DNA of 63,582 nucleotides, counting the filler, from Folioceros fuciformis (Eukaryota): NCBI GenBank assembly GCA_049999805.1. It is 13 parts of 13 records of this genome, joined end to end, with 100 filler letters (N's around TTAATTAATTAA, not from the genome) between each part and the next. Parts side by side here need not be neighbours in the genome. Positions count along the whole stretch, not along the records: positions 6,273 to 14,831 come from JBNGIO010002119.1; positions 14,932 to 18,192 come from JBNGIO010002120.1; positions 18,293 to 23,224 come from JBNGIO010002122.1; 10 more parts are not named here. One strand, 5' to 3'. The translations under genes were made by a program, and so were the position numbers. A model generated the notes under the pieces. The model did not search any database. It was not told the DNA's origin and saw only the letters and a list, made by a program, of their open reading frames with translations. Within the stretch, counting starts at the first letter, position 1. The number at the start of each line of letters is the position of its first letter. This document shows positions 10,905 to 22,435 of this stretch, piece by piece.

Positions 10905-12934
10905 CACGGCACACACATGCAACACACTGATGGACGATGCCTCCACCTTCCAAAGTGCTTAAGTGCAGTCTTCCCACAGCTGCGCAAATTTATCATCTCT
11001 TGGGGACTTGTTGCTTACGAGCGGTACGTGGAATTCTCAAACTGGCCCTCCCACTGCCCAAGCGCCTGCCTCATCCTCACCACTCGATTCCCTGCTGACA
11101 GCAGAGCCGCTGCAGATGACGTGTGAATTGACTTAGCGCCGACAAGATATGAACTGACAGACAACTGAACGAGCACTGTCGCCCGTGCTGACACCGGGCG
11201 GCTGCACATACACGCTAAGAGTCAGGGACTGTGAGATTGAGGGATTGCTAGACCGAAGGTTTGGGATGACTGGTCCGCAACCCAGTTTTCTCGACGTCAA
11301 TAGGAGCTGCGTATGGCATGCCAAAACGGCCGATACCCCAGGATATTCTTCCTCGATGACTGGATTCAGGGTGTCCGGTTTGGGCATCCAACAAAGCAGG
11401 ACATTGCACCAAATCGGACACACAACGCTAATGCCACAGGCCGGACACAAAGGTGGAACTGACGGTGATGACGATTCGCAGCACCTCCCGATGGGCAAGC
11501 CAATGTAGGCAAATGACAATTCCTACTAGAGAGTGTAGCTGGCCAGATTGTCCAGCAGGGTATTGGTTTTGCAGGCCAAGGCAGGATCTGGCTGGAAAAC
11601 CCTAGAGGCGCTCCTCACACTCGCGCCTGGAGCCGGACTCGGACACCAGGCACCCGAGAATGAGAGGGGCGCATCCAGCCCATTTCTGGCTGCAGATGCC
11701 CCGCAAAGCATGCTGGGGGGCATGCAGAGCCCCTGAAGGCAGACTGTCACAGTCGGGGGTGCCTGCAGCCCGAAAGAGGCGCGGGGGACTGTAATGAGGC
11801 ACCCCTCTAGCCCGATCCTCGCTGTAGGTGCTCCCTAGGCCTGAAATAAGCGGGCGCCTCTAGCACAAGGAGGAGTGTGAGAGCACCATCTCGTCGCGGT
11901 ACGTATACTGAGTTTTTTTTTTTGCCTCTCAACATTTCCACTTTGGAATGCCATAGCTGTGTAGCTGCGACAGACCGGAAGCGATTGTCCTGCGAATCTA
12001 GGAATTTGTTCATCGTAAACTTGAAATACTTAGGGTGGCATGTCTGCATGGTGGACGAATGTCGCTTGCCCCTTACAAAGGGTATGAGAAAGCGTTACAG
12101 CCAGGAGAAATCCAGCAATGTGATTTGAGTCCGAGTGTCATGCAATTTGATAGTATGCCTTCAAACCCGTAGACTCTTGTTGTGATAATGTGGCTTCCAC
12201 TGCTCCAGACATATCTTTCATGTGTGTTTGAAGCCTGGGCATCAGGAGCAACGTCAATTGAAGGAGGAGTCCACCTTCAGATTACGAGACTTACACACTC
12301 GAGACACCTTAGAAGCATATTGCTCTCCAATCCACCGACGTCAAGGCTTGCCGAAGCACTTACGAGTACGCATCTCCAAACTTGACTGTGGGATAGGCTT
12401 TCCAGGAGGCTTTAATTTTTGGACAGTTTCATGACATATTTGCCGTTGCACCTCCAGGATCAAGGGGTGTGTTGCATTTCTCACTTCCGGCATTTTTGAT
12501 ACACAGGGAAGCCTAGGCTTGCTGCGGAACGAAATTCTTCCAACAAGGCCATTTTGACAACTGTGGCCCATTTCCAAGGGCTTCCTTTGGTCCTTGGTGC
12601 TGTTGCTATACTACATTAGGAGTAGGTCAGGACTGCATCAGGCTGCAGTCGCACATACTGTCATCTACGATCGTGTTACAGCGGGGCTGACTGCTGTGGA
12701 TGTTTCCTAGTGTGAGACACACTAGAGAATGATGGAAACATGGACCCCTGTTTCGTTTCCCATCAGAGACGGAAGAGAACGTGTCCAGGAATGTCCACTT
12801 TATGCAAAATGCATTCTGTACACCAGAAGGCTCTTTCTCAATCAGAAAGTGTCTCCCGCTCGCCACAGTTCCTCACTTGACGAGATGATTACTTACTTTC
12901 TGCCTAGCAGAGGGGTAACAGAAAGGTAATCACA

Positions 12935-14494
12935 TCAGGCCCTGACTGAATCGGACACCCATGTACGTGCCCTCTCGAAGCCATTTCGGTAGTTCTGGTA
13001 ATCCTGGATAGCCTCCAATATCTGCTGCTGCGTGTTCATCACGAATGGACCGTACCGCGCAACAGGCTCGTTCAAGGGTTGTCCAGCTATGAGCAGAAAC
13101 CGACTGGGCTTCACCGCCCGGTTGGAGACGACAAGGCCATCTCCCATGCTGAAGAGTACGGTGTAATAAGCATCCACCGTGGTTATATCCGACGAACTTC
13201 CGAATGTTGTCTGCCCTTCCAAGGTGTAGGAGAAGGCGTTCCAGCTAGCAGGAATTGGCTGATGTATCGTCGCTCCAGGCTGTAAGGTGAAATCCAGAAA
13301 CATAGTCGGAGTCCGAGTGTACACCTGTGATTTCACACCTAGAGATTCTCCGGCGATTATCCTCACTTTCACACCGTCTTTCTCTGCTTCTCTAATATCC
13401 TTGGATTCCAGTTCCTGGTAGGCAGGCTCGATCCTGCAACAACCCGTTTTGGCAAATTAATCAATGGTCACCACAAGAAGCATACTTGCTTGCTGCAGCA
13501 GCGGGGAAAGTTAAAAGTACATCTTGTCTTTAGCAGGTAAGTTGACCCAAAGCTGCAGAGCACGTTGGACCCCACTCGTGGCAGGCATTTCAGAATGGAC
13601 GATGCCTCGTCCTGCTGTCATCCACTGCAACACGCCAGGGAAGCCCGATCTAAGATAAAACTTCCTGTATTTCAACATTTCTTTTCCTTCTAAAAGTGCT
13701 AATGCTTCAAGATATGTTCCGTAAGGCAGTGCCCTGGAATGGACTTACCTGCAAGTCACCAGCCCTGATGGTACCCTTGTGGCCTGCAAAATCTTCATGC
13801 GTAACAGCCCCCTGCAGAAATTTCGATTTCCAAACATCAATCTCAGATTCACAACGTACCCAAACACCACTTTCACAAATACCTTTTGGAGAAACTCCAT
13901 ACCTCTAACACGTAAGTGACGGTCTCGAATCCTGCAATTTCCAAGGACGGTGTGACAAGGAGATCAACAATCCGAGTCAACCGCACCGAAGAAAACAATG
14001 ACGATGTACAGACATACATACCCCGATGCGGATGGTCCGGAAAGCCCGCAGGAGGAGAAACTGCCAGAAACAAGGCGTGGAGTTTCAGACAAGCCCAAAA
14101 CACATAGATTCCCAATCAAATTCGACACCATTTTCTTCTTACTGCTAGCGTAGTCGAGCAAGAGAAACGGATCCAACTCCTTCACCTCAGGCCTGCAAAC
14201 AGCCAACCACAATCCATGACCCACAACACAGCACGCCAAACCAGAAACCACGGCATCAGAGAAGCATGCACACCCAACTCACCTGCCAATGCTGCGCCTG
14301 ACTGTGGCACCCACGCCTTCCGCCTGCTCAACAGAACGCAGCTTCCTGGCCACCGAGCGCGGCTTCGCAAAGGGCACGCTGGACTCACTCCCGGCCATGA
14401 TCATTCCCTGCCTGCGAGGCAAGGCCAAGAAGGGGGATCGGGTGAGCCGAGAGGTCGAGTACCCGGTCAACAAATTCCCTGTCCTCAGAAGCAT
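12935..14494 (-). CDS. Pirin-like bicupin protein (7 exons); alternative start at 14398
   Basis: EGVGATVRRSIG, LDPFLLLD, GFPDHPHRGFETVTY, GDLQWMTAGRGIVHSEMP, LQLWVNLP, GQPLNEPVARYGPFVMNT; metal ligands HxH and HxE intact. Confidence 0.95.
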
Positions 14495-14931
14495 GGGGCA
14501 GGAGGTCGGCGAGCAGGGCAGCACTCAGATCAAAGTGGCCCTCTGCGCGAGCGGAAGCCTGGATAGTCTGGAGGGCCTCGGCTCGAAGCCTGCAACGAGC
14601 TCAGCTAGTGCTGGAGTTATTCTTGATGTTGATGCTGTTCCCGTTGATGTTGTCGCTGGAAGTCAGTGCGATGGCTCAGAAAGTGGGCTGCGGCCTGTTC
14701 TTATACTGCGGCCCCTGCGGAACCATTTCACAGGGGCTGGATCTTTCTGGACCTCCGAGACTTTGGTGTGCCCGGCTGACCTCGGAAGATCCCGGCCCCC
14801 TTTCGTGCCACTTGTTAAAAAATAATCCACGNNNNNNNNNNNNNNNNNNNNNNNNNNNNNNNNNNNNNNNNNNNNTTAATTAATTAANNNNNNNNNNNNN
14901 NNNNNNNNNNNNNNNNNNNNNNNNNNNNNNN

Positions 14932-15270
14932 TGAAGGATCGCTAGGAGCTACATGGTGAAGGAGAGGAGAGGAGGAGGCAAGGAGGGGAGGAGAAAGAGA
15001 GGTTTCACAGTGTCTCTCACAGCTCTATTGCAAAGGGAGCTCAAGAGGGTATTTATACCCTCTAGAAAAGCTCCTAAGGAAGCTTCACAAGAAGCTCACA
15101 GGAAGCTATGCAGGAAGCTTCCTAAAGATTAGCTTAAGCTAATCTAAACTAATGATACTTAATTAGACACTAATCTTAGACTAATTACATTAGTCTAGAT
15201 AAACTAATCACAATAGTTTAATTAGACTAATCACATTAGTCTAAGCACATTAGGCTTTAATAACCCTACA
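14932..15270 (-). mobile_element. LTR (TG...CA), same family as 55601-55889
   Basis: Starts tgaaggatcgct, ends taaccctaca; highly similar to the PBS-flanked LTR at 55601-55889, with extra short internal repeats. Confidence 0.88.
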
Positions 15271-15918
15271 TCAACTACATTAGCTATTGGACAAGGCCCA
15301 ACATCTAGCACTCCGTTAGTGCAGTTTCTCAATACCTTGAGAATCCAGGCCCCGAACACTGGATAGTAGTTAAAAGGATCCTCCGATACCTGAAAGGCAC
15401 ATCTACCTATGGACTATGCTTCTAGAGCATTGACAATGCCATCACTCTTGAGGGATACGTAGATGTTGACTAGGCTACTGACCCAGATCAACGCAAGAGG
15501 ATCTCCGCGTATTGTTTCATGCTATCTGGTGTAGCCGTCAACTGGAGTTCTAAGAAATAGGCATCCATAGCCCTATCATCCACGGAGGCCAATACAAAAC
15601 TCAGTTAAGGAGGCTGAATGGGAGCGCACTTTTCTAGCTGGCATGGGCTTTCCGCAGTCGATTCCCACAACCAGTTTTTGCGACAACATGTCTACTATTG
15701 CCTTGGTCGGGAATATGCATTTTCATGGGTGCACTAAACACATAGAAATTCACCATCACTCCGTCAGACATTCCGTGGAGCGCAAGGTGATGAAAATTCA
15801 GCACATATCAACAGAGATGAATACAGCTCACGTGCTTACAAAGAGCTTACCGACAAGCAAGCATGTTTTTCATATGGAGGCACTGGGCTTGGTAGAGTAC
15901 TCTCCCTACTTGCCTTGA
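15271..15918 (+). mobile_element. Degenerate Ty1/Copia RT C-terminus and RNase H
   Basis: HWIVVKRILRYLKGT, NWSSKK*ASIALSSTEA, CDNMSTIAL...TKHIEIHHH...VLTKSL with premature stops. Confidence 0.9.
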
Positions 15919-16859
15919 CACTTGCAGGTAGATGCTCCAGGTGCTAGACGGATGAAGCTCCTTTGCCTATCTAATCGTTTGGTACCTAGCTACAATCTAT
16001 TTTGGCACTGGAACTTTGGCAGCCTTCTCCATCTAGTTTTTCAGTTGCCTCAGCTGATCCTTTGGGACACAGGTGTGGACTCCACATCCTGAATAGGTCC
16101 TTGGAAAATGGTAGGATTTCTCTTTTTGGGAATCTCTAAGTGAACCCTGTGGTGAAAAAGTTAAAAGATTAGGAAAGATTAGTAGCTAGATTAATGGTGA
16201 GGTGAGATGTGTCTTTGAAGGGTTGCTGGAATGATCTGAGAGAAGGGATGGAATGATTTGAGAGAGGAGGGAGAGGGTTGAGAGGCACTGACCATTTTGG
16301 TAGTCTTGAGAGGTTGGTCAATTTTGGCAAGGGCACCCAGTGGTGTCCATGGGACACAACCCCTTTCAGGTCAGAACTAGGTTTGGGTCAAAGTTAGGGT
16401 TAGGTCAGAGTTAGGTTTAGGTCAGAATTAGGGCCGGCTTAGGTCAGAGAGAGATTGCTGGGTGGTTGATTGAGGCTAACCCTAATAGATAGAGATGGAG
16501 GTTTGGGCCAAGGTAGTATAAGAGGCTAGACCTGCCGTTGAGGAGGGGGCTGTCTACGCTGCGATTTCCCTAGACCTTGGGTGCAGAACTCCTGGCTTAG
16601 GGCGCTGAGCTGGTTGAGACTAAACCAAGGTCTTGATTTCCCTTGCCACTAGGGGAACGTGGAGGATCCCTAGACTGCCAAGATTCGTGTGGCCGGTTCC
16701 GCAATGGCTGACCATCTTGCTTGCTGGCTGAGGTGAGGTTGCAGGGCCGTGAGCCAAGGAGGCTACCCAGCCCTAGGCCTCACCTTTGCCTTGAAGGCTG
16801 CTAGAGGGAAGGCTGTTGTGTTCCAAATTGCAGGAGAGAAGGGTTGAGTTGCAGATTTT

Positions 16860-17030
16860 GGAAGTGGAAGTGTTAAAGTGAGGAGTTGAGCTGAAGTGAG
16901 GGGCTTGAGGGTGAAGTGAAGTGCTGAAGTGAAGGACTGAAGTGCTGAAGTGAAGGACTGAAGTGCTCAAGTGAAGTGCTGAAGTGGTGGAATGAAGTGT
17001 TGGAGCTGGAGTGAGGAGCTAGCTGAAGTT
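16860..17030. repeat. Degenerate GAAGT-rich tandem repeat (21-bp core gaagtgctgaagtgaaggact); a 17-18-bp ttaggtcagagttagg array also lies near 16365-16450
   Basis: Directly visible repeated units. Confidence 0.7.
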
Positions 17031-17684
17031 GAGGTTCTCGTTCAGCTGCGGAGGTAGCTAGCACTAGGTGCTGAGAGTTGGAGGCCAGACTTGGGGCTGG
17101 AGCCTCCTCTTAGCACTGAAGTGATTGATACTTGGAGCTGGAAATGAAGGCTGAAGACAATGCTGGAGTTCTCATTTTGTTGAGGCTGGGGTTGGTGTTG
17201 TGGTAGGAGCCGAAGACAGGACCAAGACTTCTGACCTATTGCTGTAGCACTTGGTATATGCTGATAGATAGGGTGAGATTAGGGAGATGTAGGTAACCTT
17301 GACATTAGTTCACTCCCTTGGGAGCGAATCATAAGACTGCAACGATAATAAGGGGAAGTGTGGCCCCTTGGTGGTTCTTGGGTGCAAGTTTCACTCCACA
17401 ACAGGCTTGCTTCTTCACTGGCCTCATCGCCACTGCCACTGATAGCTTTTCTTCCCAGCCTGCCATCTCGATTCGTTGCTCTATCGCATAGAATAACCCG
17501 TTTCTATGATCACGTGTTGTTGGTGATCTCCGTCTTCTCCTAGCTCGTTTCAAATGCTCCTCTTTTCAGCATTAGATCAACACGAAGACCGCGATCACAA
17601 GGGTGCACAGATTTATCACCAACAGCAATGATGTTGCCATCACATTCTCCTTTCTATGTTCTTAGGCTAACTAGCATCCCGTGC

Positions 17685-18192
17685 TTAAGGGGGTGTGTTA
17701 AACCTTAGGGGTCATTATAACCACGGGTTCTAGTTACCTAGTTACTTAGATTAGGGTTAGATGTATATTAAAGGGTTATTCATAATAACACTTAGGGTTT
17801 AGTATTTAATGACAACTCTTTGTGAACACATTTTATTATTCATCATTATTGATTGTTAAGTTCGCTCTCTCTCTAGTAGTAATTGACAGCAACCCTATGC
17901 ATTGGGGGAAGCTAGTGGCTCATCGATTCTAGTCTGAGGTTAGAAAACTTAGGCAGGAAAAGCCACCTACCTCGGGTCTCTCCCCCTTCTTTTTCCATAT
18001 CTGGCATTAATTCAAAGTCTTGACCACCTCCGAAAAGGCAGCTTGGGCTCGCCTCCCCCCCCCTCGGCTCCCATACCTCCAGCCCCCACTCCTGATTCCG
18101 CCCCTAGAAAGAAGACTCTTATACCAGCAACCCAGCCTAAGGCCCTCGCCACAAACCCCCCATACCCCTCCCGGTCTCAAAAGCGTCGGAGG
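17685..18192 (+). mobile_element. Polypurine tract and start of a 3' LTR (from 17696)
   Basis: ttaagggggtg followed by TGTTAAAC, the same PPT-TG pattern as at 37930-37940 and 53691-53701; right boundary not seen. Confidence 0.55.
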
Positions 18193-18746
18193 NNNNNNNN
18201 NNNNNNNNNNNNNNNNNNNNNNNNNNNNNNNNNNNNTTAATTAATTAANNNNNNNNNNNNNNNNNNNNNNNNNNNNNNNNNNNNNNNNNNNNGTGCATGG
18301 TTATGCCTCAACTCAAATAAGTTTTATGTGTGTTGTCTTGATTACAACATAAATTGTTGTGCACTAAGAAGAACAAGGGCAAATAAAAAAACATGAAGAA
18401 CGACAACTTAGTTAGAAGATCATATTTTAGATTGTGCATGTTACTCACCTATCAAGATTTTGTAGTAAAACATGCATGTTACTCACAAATCAAGATAACA
18501 TTGGAAGATGTACTCATTTTTTTTTTTTCTAATACAATCACAACAAGTGTCAGATGCATACTCAAGAGTTAGCAAATATGTGTTGTTAGCTATATGTGTG
18601 AAGTACATATGTAGGAAGCTGGAGAAAAGGTTGGGTGATATACTCGACGAGGGCGAACAGCAATAACCTACTAAAATAAATGTGAGACACACATGCATGT
18701 TGGTTGTACAAAATGGTATTTGAAAACAGAGACAACGAGAGAGAAA

Positions 18747-18811
18747 AAGTTGATCTGTCCTATTCGTTTTCTCTCTTAAAAAGAGAGAAAACGAATAGGA
18801 CAGATCAACTT
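18747..18811. repeat. Perfect 31-bp inverted repeat with 3-nt loop
   Basis: aagttgatctgtcctattcgttttctctctt-aaa-aagagagaaaacgaataggacagatcaactt. Confidence 0.95.
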
Positions 18812-20932
18812 GATCCACCTGTGCGTGTGACAACACTATTAAAAGCTTTGTACGTGGAGAAAAAAAAGGACGGATTGACTCCCACGCTTGAACGATAATT
18901 TGCTTGTTAAGCTGGTACTAGAAGAGTGTTACTAAGCTTGCTCAGTTCAGCGTTCTACCTCGTCCTGCCTTGTCCTGGACAACACGAATGCAGTTGCTTG
19001 TAAGGTCGAGGACTGATTGGGTGCAAGATTTGGGTTGGGTTATCTGGTTGTCTTGTGTCCTACTATGGTAGTATGAAGGATATAATGGAGCAACCAAAAA
19101 TGGGGTTGATGCTGGCGATGCGTTTTGCTGGCTATTTAGTTAGTGTATCCGCGCGTAGGCTATCTGCGAGTGCGCCAGGACGGGTAAGTAAAGTGCCAGG
19201 TAAGCGGATGGCGGAGGGCAAGGCAGAATGTAGAAACGTGGATGCGGCGTCCATGCGCATACATATGTGCTGATGTATGTGGAGTGTGGAGTGTGGTTTG
19301 TTTTGCCGTCTAGAGTGGTGCGGTGCGGCGTCTGGCCTCGCCTCTCGGCTTCCTTGCCTCTCTGCTTCTCAGCCCTGCCCAGCCCAGCCCTGGGTCCTGC
19401 CTGACTGCCTGCCTGCCTTCCTTCCTTCCTGCTCTCTCTGCCTCTCGCCCCCGCGCGTCGCGCGACCATCCGGCTTTCGCACTCGCGCTCGCTCGCCGCC
19501 GTGTTGAGTGTGTGCGCCTTGGCGACTTCAGCTCGCTGTGCCTGCCCTTGCTCGCCCTCGCCCCTTGCCCTCCTCTGTTTGCCCTGCTGGCTCTTCTCCG
19601 CGCTGCCGCCATCTCTGCCGCCGGCGCCATCGCCAGCTCCCGGCGGAGCTCGGCCGCGCTGCAGGCCTCCGCAGATTTGTGCACGCCGAGATCGGCGAGC
19701 CGCGCCAGCCGGTTCCCGCTGCCCTGTGTCACAGCGGCGTCATCCCCTCCTCTCCGCCCGTCCCTGTGCTTGCCTGTGTCGGGATTTCTTGCGCCTCGCC
19801 TCGCCTCTCCTCTCCTCGCCTCGGCTCGTCTCCTTCCCTCGCCTCTGGCTGGGGTTTGTTTGCGAGCTCCCACTCCCGCTTCTCCCCCGGCGCGCGAGCC
19901 TGGAATTCCGCACTCGCGCTGTCACCCTCCCTGCTAGGGTAATGCCGTCCTGCTTCTTGCGTGCTTGATTTGACTGTCGTCCTGTGCGTCCCCGGGCTCC
20001 CCTGCCGTCGCCGCCGCTGTCGGCCTCGCCTGCAATTCTCGCTTCTTCTTGCGCCTCCTTCTCCCACCCGAGCTTACCCGCCCCGCCCCTGCCCGCCCCG
20101 CCCCGCTGGGCCTGTCCTGGCCTGGCCGGTGGCCGGGCCTTCTTGCTTCCGTCGCGGCATTCTCGCACTCAGCTCTGGGCTCCTCGGGCGGGACGGCACG
20201 GCACGGCACGGCACGGGACGTGGCTATTTATGTTCATCCTGGTGTGCGCTTCGATATCCTGAATTTGTGTGCCTGCGGTGAGTCCCGATCTTTGCGATTT
20301 GAGTTCAGTGTGTGCTTGGCAAGCCGGCGCACGCATGGCGCGCAGGCGTGTCATCTCTTCCCGAGCTCACTCCCTTTTTTGGTTCGTTGCTCCGTGAAGG
20401 CAAGTTTCTACTCTTATATGTATACGCGGCGCGGCTCCGGAGTTTTGAGCATCCAATTCGGAGCAGCAGGAGGACCAGGGAGGATTTATATTTGGAGACA
20501 AGGCCGGAGTGCGAAGCCGGGGAGTGAAGGGAGCGCTTAGGGTACACAAGCCGGACGAGACCACACCAGACCAGACGGGACGAGACAGGACAGTACACAC
20601 GACACGACACGGTAGTGTTTGTTGTGTTGTTGGTCGGGCAGGCTAAAGCTCAGTCTCAGGCTCAGGCTCAGGCAAAGGCGCAGGGGAAGTGAGTGTCTGA
20701 GTGTGTTCCACCAGTGTTACGCCGGTGCCCGTGCCCGTGCCGTTTATGTTAGCGGCGGGGAATTGCATCCGGCGGCGTGACGAGGGGATGGCGGGGAGCG
20801 TGTTCTCTCCCGACGCACCATGTATGTTGTGTTGCTGTGACTTCGATCTCCTCTCATTACTTCCCTTGGTCGACAGCTTCCGTCTGGGAGGTTGACTCGG
20901 ATCGTTTGTGGCGTCTTTGTCTCTGCTATATC

Positions 20933-22435
20933 ATGGCGACAGGGCTGGCCAAGTTCAACCGTCTGTTTTCTGCAATCCAAGACCAGTTGCAACAGTTGCG
21001 ACATATGTATGAGGAGCAGGAAAGGCAGCTGGCGCTGGTTGGCCCCGATGCCGCGCGCTTGCAAGGAGCGGAAGATGCCGGGGCCCAGCTGCTCGCGAGG
21101 GAACCGGAGCAGGTAGCGGCGATCGAGGCCGGGGGCCTTAAGGAGACGGAGGAGGTTAAGGAGGTTGAGGAGGCGGAGTCGGTGGCGCCGCCCCAGGTGC
21201 CTGCGCAGCTGGCGGTGGTTGCTGTCAGGACCGGTCTCCCACAATTGGGGCGGCAGGCGCAGGTGGAACCCGAGGATGTCACGGACGTGGAGCAGCCGGT
21301 GGAGGTGGCTGTAGGCAACAAGGAGGAGGACGTGGCAGCGGCGGCCGAGGGAACCCAGCGGAAGAGGGAGGGGGACTTGGAGTTGGAGCTGGATGAGAGT
21401 GAGGAGGATGGCGGGAAGGGCATGGTACTCGCCGTTATCAAGTCCGGCAAGAGGAAGGCGGTGTCGTTTCTTCAGGAGGGCGAGGGCGTGGATTCTGGCT
21501 CCGACCCCGAGCTGGACGTGAATGCCGGGAGGAGCAAGGGCTCCGATCTCGGGGGAGGGTCGTACAACCGGCTGCAGCGACGCGTGAAGAAGACGAGGAA
21601 CGTCGGGGGAGATGTGGATGATATTGTGGTTGCCGTTACAGGTACTGGGGCTGGCGCGGGCGTGGAGCAGGAACAGGGGCACAACTCCGACGCGGTTCGT
21701 GGTGTTGCGGGCCGTGGAGTGTTGGCGAAGGATGAGGCCGGTGCTCTTCCTGCCGTGGCTGCAGGTGCAGGTCCGGGGACCGTGGGGAGAGACAGCGCCA
21801 GCGCCACTGCCAGCGAGACTGACAGCTTCACTTCGACGAGGAGAGGCAGAATTGTGACGGCGGATTTGGGGACTGCCACTGACAAAGCTTTTCTCGGCAA
21901 GCACCAACCCGATCTGGATGTGCTCACCAGCGTGGCTGCGGCTATTGAGGCGGACGACAATGTTGCGTCTGCCGCGGCGGAGGATCCCATGCGCGTCGAG
22001 GCAGGGGAGGAGCGGATGTTGAGCATCCTGGCCCAGGAAGATGGCGATCTGGCGGAACAAGCGTTGCTCATTAAGAGCCTGTCCGCTCGCAAGGAGGGCA
22101 GGGTTGAGGCGATCTCGTCGTCGGAGGTGGTTGCTCGAGCATGTGCAGACTTCTTCAAGGCCTTGGCTCCTGCTCTGCCCGAAGGTTTTGCCGGGGGGCA
22201 GGAGATCGGTAGGTATTGTGAGTCTGATGGTGGCCCCGCTGCCTTGGCCCTTCGTGTGGGAAACTATATTAAGATGCAGCAAGATGTCATTGAGAAGGAG
22301 CGGAAGGCGAATCGGATGCTGGAGGCCAGTCTGGAGAAGGCCCAGCATGATAAGGAGCGGTGGCGGCTGGACAAGGAGCGGCTGTCCGCGCATTTTGGCT
22401 CCATTGCAACCACCGTCGAAGAGGGCAGCGCGTAA
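20933..22435 (+). CDS. Hypothetical acidic, low-complexity protein of about 500 aa with coiled-coil-like ends; may splice onward to 22662-23224
   Basis: ATG 20933 in good context (tcATGG), 1.5-kb open frame, donor-like c|gtaagt at 22432, further E/D/S/K-rich frame to the gap; no recognised domain. Confidence 0.5.
   Translation: MATGLAKFNRLFSAIQDQLQQLRHMYEEQERQLALVGPDAARLQGAEDAGAQLLAREPEQVAAIEAGGLKETEEVKEVEEAESVAPPQVPAQLAVVAVRTGLPQLGRQAQVEPEDVTDVEQPVEVAVGNKEEDVAAAAEGTQRKREGDLELELDESEEDGGKGMVLAVIKSGKRKAVSFLQEGEGVDSGSDPELDVNAGRSKGSDLGGGSYNRLQRRVKKTRNVGGDVDDIVVAVTGTGAGAGVEQEQGHNSDAVRGVAGRGVLAKDEAGALPAVAAGAGPGTVGRDSASATASETDSFTSTRRGRIVTADLGTATDKAFLGKHQPDLDVLTSVAAAIEADDNVASAAAEDPMRVEAGEERMLSILAQEDGDLAEQALLIKSLSARKEGRVEAISSSEVVARACADFFKALAPALPEGFAGGQEIGRYCESDGGPAALALRVGNYIKMQQDVIEKERKANRMLEASLEKAQHDKERWRLDKERLSAHFGSIATTVEEGSA

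Noticed and set aside
11200-12900. Short ORFs and splice-like signals between PPO-2 and pirin
   Set aside because: Could not assemble a consistent gene or recognise a domain.
20744-22393. 549-aa minus-strand ORF (likewise 30045-31226 opposite ERECTA)
   Set aside because: Antisense shadow of GC-rich coding sequence with biased codons.
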